A stretch of 64,000 nt of DNA from an uncultured Bacteroidales bacterium (GTDB lineage: Bacteria > Bacteroidota > Bacteroidia > Bacteroidales > VadinHA17), in contig CAVXUP010000009.1 in the NCBI GenBank assembly GCA_963765005.1, positions 269,609 through 333,608 of the forward strand, read 5' to 3'. A program made the position numbers and the translations under genes. How positions within the stretch are numbered: position 1 is the stretch's first letter; each line of letters starts with the position of its first letter. Below the pieces are notes generated by a model. That model worked only from the letters and a program-made list of their open reading frames with translations. It did no database searches and had not been told where the DNA came from. Shown one piece after another: positions 61,958 through 64,000 of this stretch.

Positions 61958-64000
61958 TCAATACCTTGTAAGTATTATCCTTGTCCTGCTGTAGTAACCT
62001 TCCGATATCACTGTCATTATATACATGCCCGAAGAGAGTCCCTTCATCTTCAGATCGAGTATTGCTTCTCTGCCTGTCGTTACGGAAAATATTTTACGTC
62101 CGGTAACATTATAGAATGAAACTTCAAAAACAGCAGCAGGATCTCCTTCGGTAACAGAAATATTCAGAAGACCTGTTGTGGGATTCGGATAAACAAGAAG
62201 AGCGTTATCATTATCAGGATCAGGAGGTTCTTCGCCATCCGCAACATTGTCTGCAAAGGGATTACCTCCTTTTTGCAACGATTTAGTCCAGTAGCTGAAG
62301 TCCCCGGGATCGGTTGATCCTCCTGCAACATCAAAAGCAAGCGAATATCCATCACCATCTGCTGATTGCGGCCATGGTGATCCATCATCATAGACAAAAT
62401 TGAACAAATGGTTTTTATCCTTGTCACTGAGTAAAATCTCTTCCCCTGCATTGGAAAGGTTCCCGCTGAAGTTACCCGAAGGAAGCATACCATGGAAATC
62501 AAAAAAGCTTTCGGGTTTGGACGCAATTACATAGAACCTCTGAGGAGGAAGAAGGGTATTGACTGGGAAAATATAATGAATTGCTGAATCGAGTTCCAGG
62601 TTTGAAAGGTTAACAGAGCTTTCCCCGGTATTTTTAAACTCCAGAAATTCGAGGTCCTTTCCATCGATAGTATCGGGCCCAGTAATAATGTCATCCGGAT
62701 GGTAATTTATTTCTGTCACCTTCAGTCCGGAAAAATCGCTCTCTTCCATTATGAAGTTTATTTCCCGTAAAGCGCTCCAGCTTCCATTGTTATAAATCCT
62801 TGTTTTAATAACAGCTGACCTGTTCAGTGTCAGCTTTATTGAAGAAGAGCTGAAGACCGCACCAGGAAGGAGATCTCCTCCGATCTTCCTCGGATCCATG
62901 CCATTGAGAGTATAAACAACTGATCCCGAAGAGTTGGGATTTTTAATCTCGATTGTTTTGGAGGAAGATATCTCTATATTCCTGCTATAGATATCACCTT
63001 CAGAAGTTGTTATAACAGGCCCGTCGAGTTCAGGATAGAGCCCTTCACTCATGAGCTGGTTGATGACAATATTACCCCTGTAAGGGATGAAGTAATTTCT
63101 TATCTTGTTTACCTCAGGAAGCCATGTTGCATCCCTGGTATATGGCGAGCCTGTGGAACGTTTAGAATCACCCCACCTTGCTGATTCAGCAATTACGGCC
63201 ATTTCAACTTCCTTAATCCTTTTATTAACCCTTGCCAGGGAACTTGCAGGAGAAAATACCGCACCAGGCATAAAATGGTTGTATGCCCTGCTCGAGAATC
63301 TGTCTCTGTACTCCTTGTTTCCGGATAGTTTATAATGAAGCCACTGAGGGTGAAATTTAGAGAAACCCGATACTTCCATCTTCAATTCATCGGTACGCGA
63401 TGCAATATTTACCCTGTTCTCATTTATGCCTATCCCGGGAGGATGCGCTTCATCAAAGAGCGAGTGTTCAGAGTCGTGGGTAAAAAATACAAAACCTTTC
63501 GATCTGTCTTCCCTGTTATCAATTGCAATGAAGTTGTTGGTGCCTTTATTTTTCATGAATACAGCAGTAGGAGCATCAAAGTTCCCGGTATAAAAAATGA
63601 CAAGCATGTAATCGATAAGATTATCGATGTCAACCATGATTTCACCTCCCCTGACTGGTTTTCCATCCGGATCCTTCCCCTCCAGCTCGAAATAATTTCC
63701 GTTTGACCAGAATCCTGTTGTGCATAGGTTCCAGAGCCTCTGCCATGAATCGAGATTTCCATCCGTCGCCTCAAGAGAATAAGAATAATTCTCAGTATTT
63801 ACTTTTATCACATCAAAATCCTCATCCTTGCCGTCGAGATAAGAAGAAGCAAAACGTGCTTCTGACCTCTCCTGAGTCTGGTAAAGTCCCCAGTACATCC
63901 CGTTAAGGTAAAGATGGTAATACCGGCTTCTCGTATATGGCTGACCCATATCGCGCTGTGTATCACGCGAAAAGACCTCCCTTACCATTGAATTACTGGA
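61958..64000 (-). CDS. CotH-kinase-family protein with a lamin-tail-like domain and a T9SS C-terminal sorting domain (the 5' end runs off the window)
   Basis: CotH core YYHLYLNGMYWGLYQTQERSEARFASSYL...DFDVIK. LTD-like ITEINYHP...LEFLEFKNTGESSVNLSNLELD. T9SS tail LLVYPNPTTGLLNISV...GMYIMTVISEGYYSRTRIILT. The frame stays open upstream of Met 63988 to the window edge. Confidence 0.8.
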   Translation of the reverse strand, partial: SSNSMVREVFSRDTQRDMGQPYTRSRYYHLYLNGMYWGLYQTQERSEARFASSYLDGKDEDFDVIKVNTENYSYSLEATDGNLDSWQRLWNLCTTGFWSNGNYFELEGKDPDGKPVRGGEIMVDIDNLIDYMLVIFYTGNFDAPTAVFMKNKGTNNFIAIDNREDRSKGFVFFTHDSEHSLFDEAHPPGIGINENRVNIASRTDELKMEVSGFSKFHPQWLHYKLSGNKEYRDRFSSRAYNHFMPGAVFSPASSLARVNKRIKEVEMAVIAESARWGDSKRSTGSPYTRDATWLPEVNKIRNYFIPYRGNIVINQLMSEGLYPELDGPVITTSEGDIYSRNIEISSSKTIEIKNPNSSGSVVYTLNGMDPRKIGGDLLPGAVFSSSSIKLTLNRSAVIKTRIYNNGSWSALREINFIMEESDFSGLKVTEINYHPDDIITGPDTIDGKDLEFLEFKNTGESSVNLSNLELDSAIHYIFPVNTLLPPQRFYVIASKPESFFDFHGMLPSGNFSGNLSNAGEEILLSDKDKNHLFNFVYDDGSPWPQSADGDGYSLAFDVAGGSTDPGDFSYWTKSLQKGGNPFADNVADGEEPPDPDNDNALLVYPNPTTGLLNISVTEGDPAAVFEVSFYNVTGRKIFSVTTGREAILDLKMKGLSSGMYIMTVISEGYYSRTRIILTRY

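Noticed and set aside
1-64000. tRNA, rRNA, tmRNA, prophage, integrase, toxin-antitoxin or classical defence genes.
   Set aside because: None was recognised on either strand by eye. The absence of small RNAs cannot be proven without covariance-model searches.

Overview
The window looks like chromosomal DNA from a Bacteroidota-type organism: two SusC/SusD loci, many lipoprotein signals, a T9SS C-terminal sorting domain, and mostly Shine-Dalgarno-less starts. Layout: (i) 1-4.9 kb holds a frame-broken SusC receptor, divergent from an OmpR-type response regulator and histidine kinase. (ii) 5.3-26.6 kb is a tight 13-gene cluster on one strand. It mixes exported FG-GAP/ASPIC (CRTAC1-like) proteins, three c-type haem beta-propeller proteins (5 CxxCH motifs in total), a Reg_prop-like lipoprotein and two orphan LivK-type binding proteins. 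It also encodes cytoplasmic enzymes (stand-alone DAHP synthase, YjgF/RidA-fold protein, AsnB-like adenylating enzyme, radical SAM enzyme) and a large polytopic membrane protein. I cannot assign it to any described pathway, and it is my best candidate for an undescribed system. (iii) 26.6-32 kb holds a 59-bp tandem palindrome-containing repeat array and a frame-broken SusD/SusC pair. (iv) 32.3-40.7 kb holds truA, then a frame-broken Rrf2 regulator. It is followed by a divergent haem-copper-oxidase-like pair (CuA-less subunit II; subunit I with Asp replacing a CuB His and no cross-link Tyr), a split YeeE/YedE sulfur transporter and four rhodanese domains. This is the second candidate system. (v) 41-42.8 kb holds two membrane proteins. 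(vi) 42.9-64 kb is a pectin/hexuronate locus: kduI, SDRs, uxaC, uxaE-like, LarA-like epimerase, gnd, PPi-PFK-like, HAD, Gfo/Idh/MocA, exuT-like, LacI, GH105 x2, GH35, and CotH with a T9SS tail. Almost every intergenic gap between 32 and 58 kb carries degenerate 7-8 nt tandem repeat arrays, often as G-rich and C-rich arms. I recognised no rRNA, tRNA, CRISPR, transposase or phage genes. All functional calls come from motif recognition by eye on the supplied translations; no database search was run.
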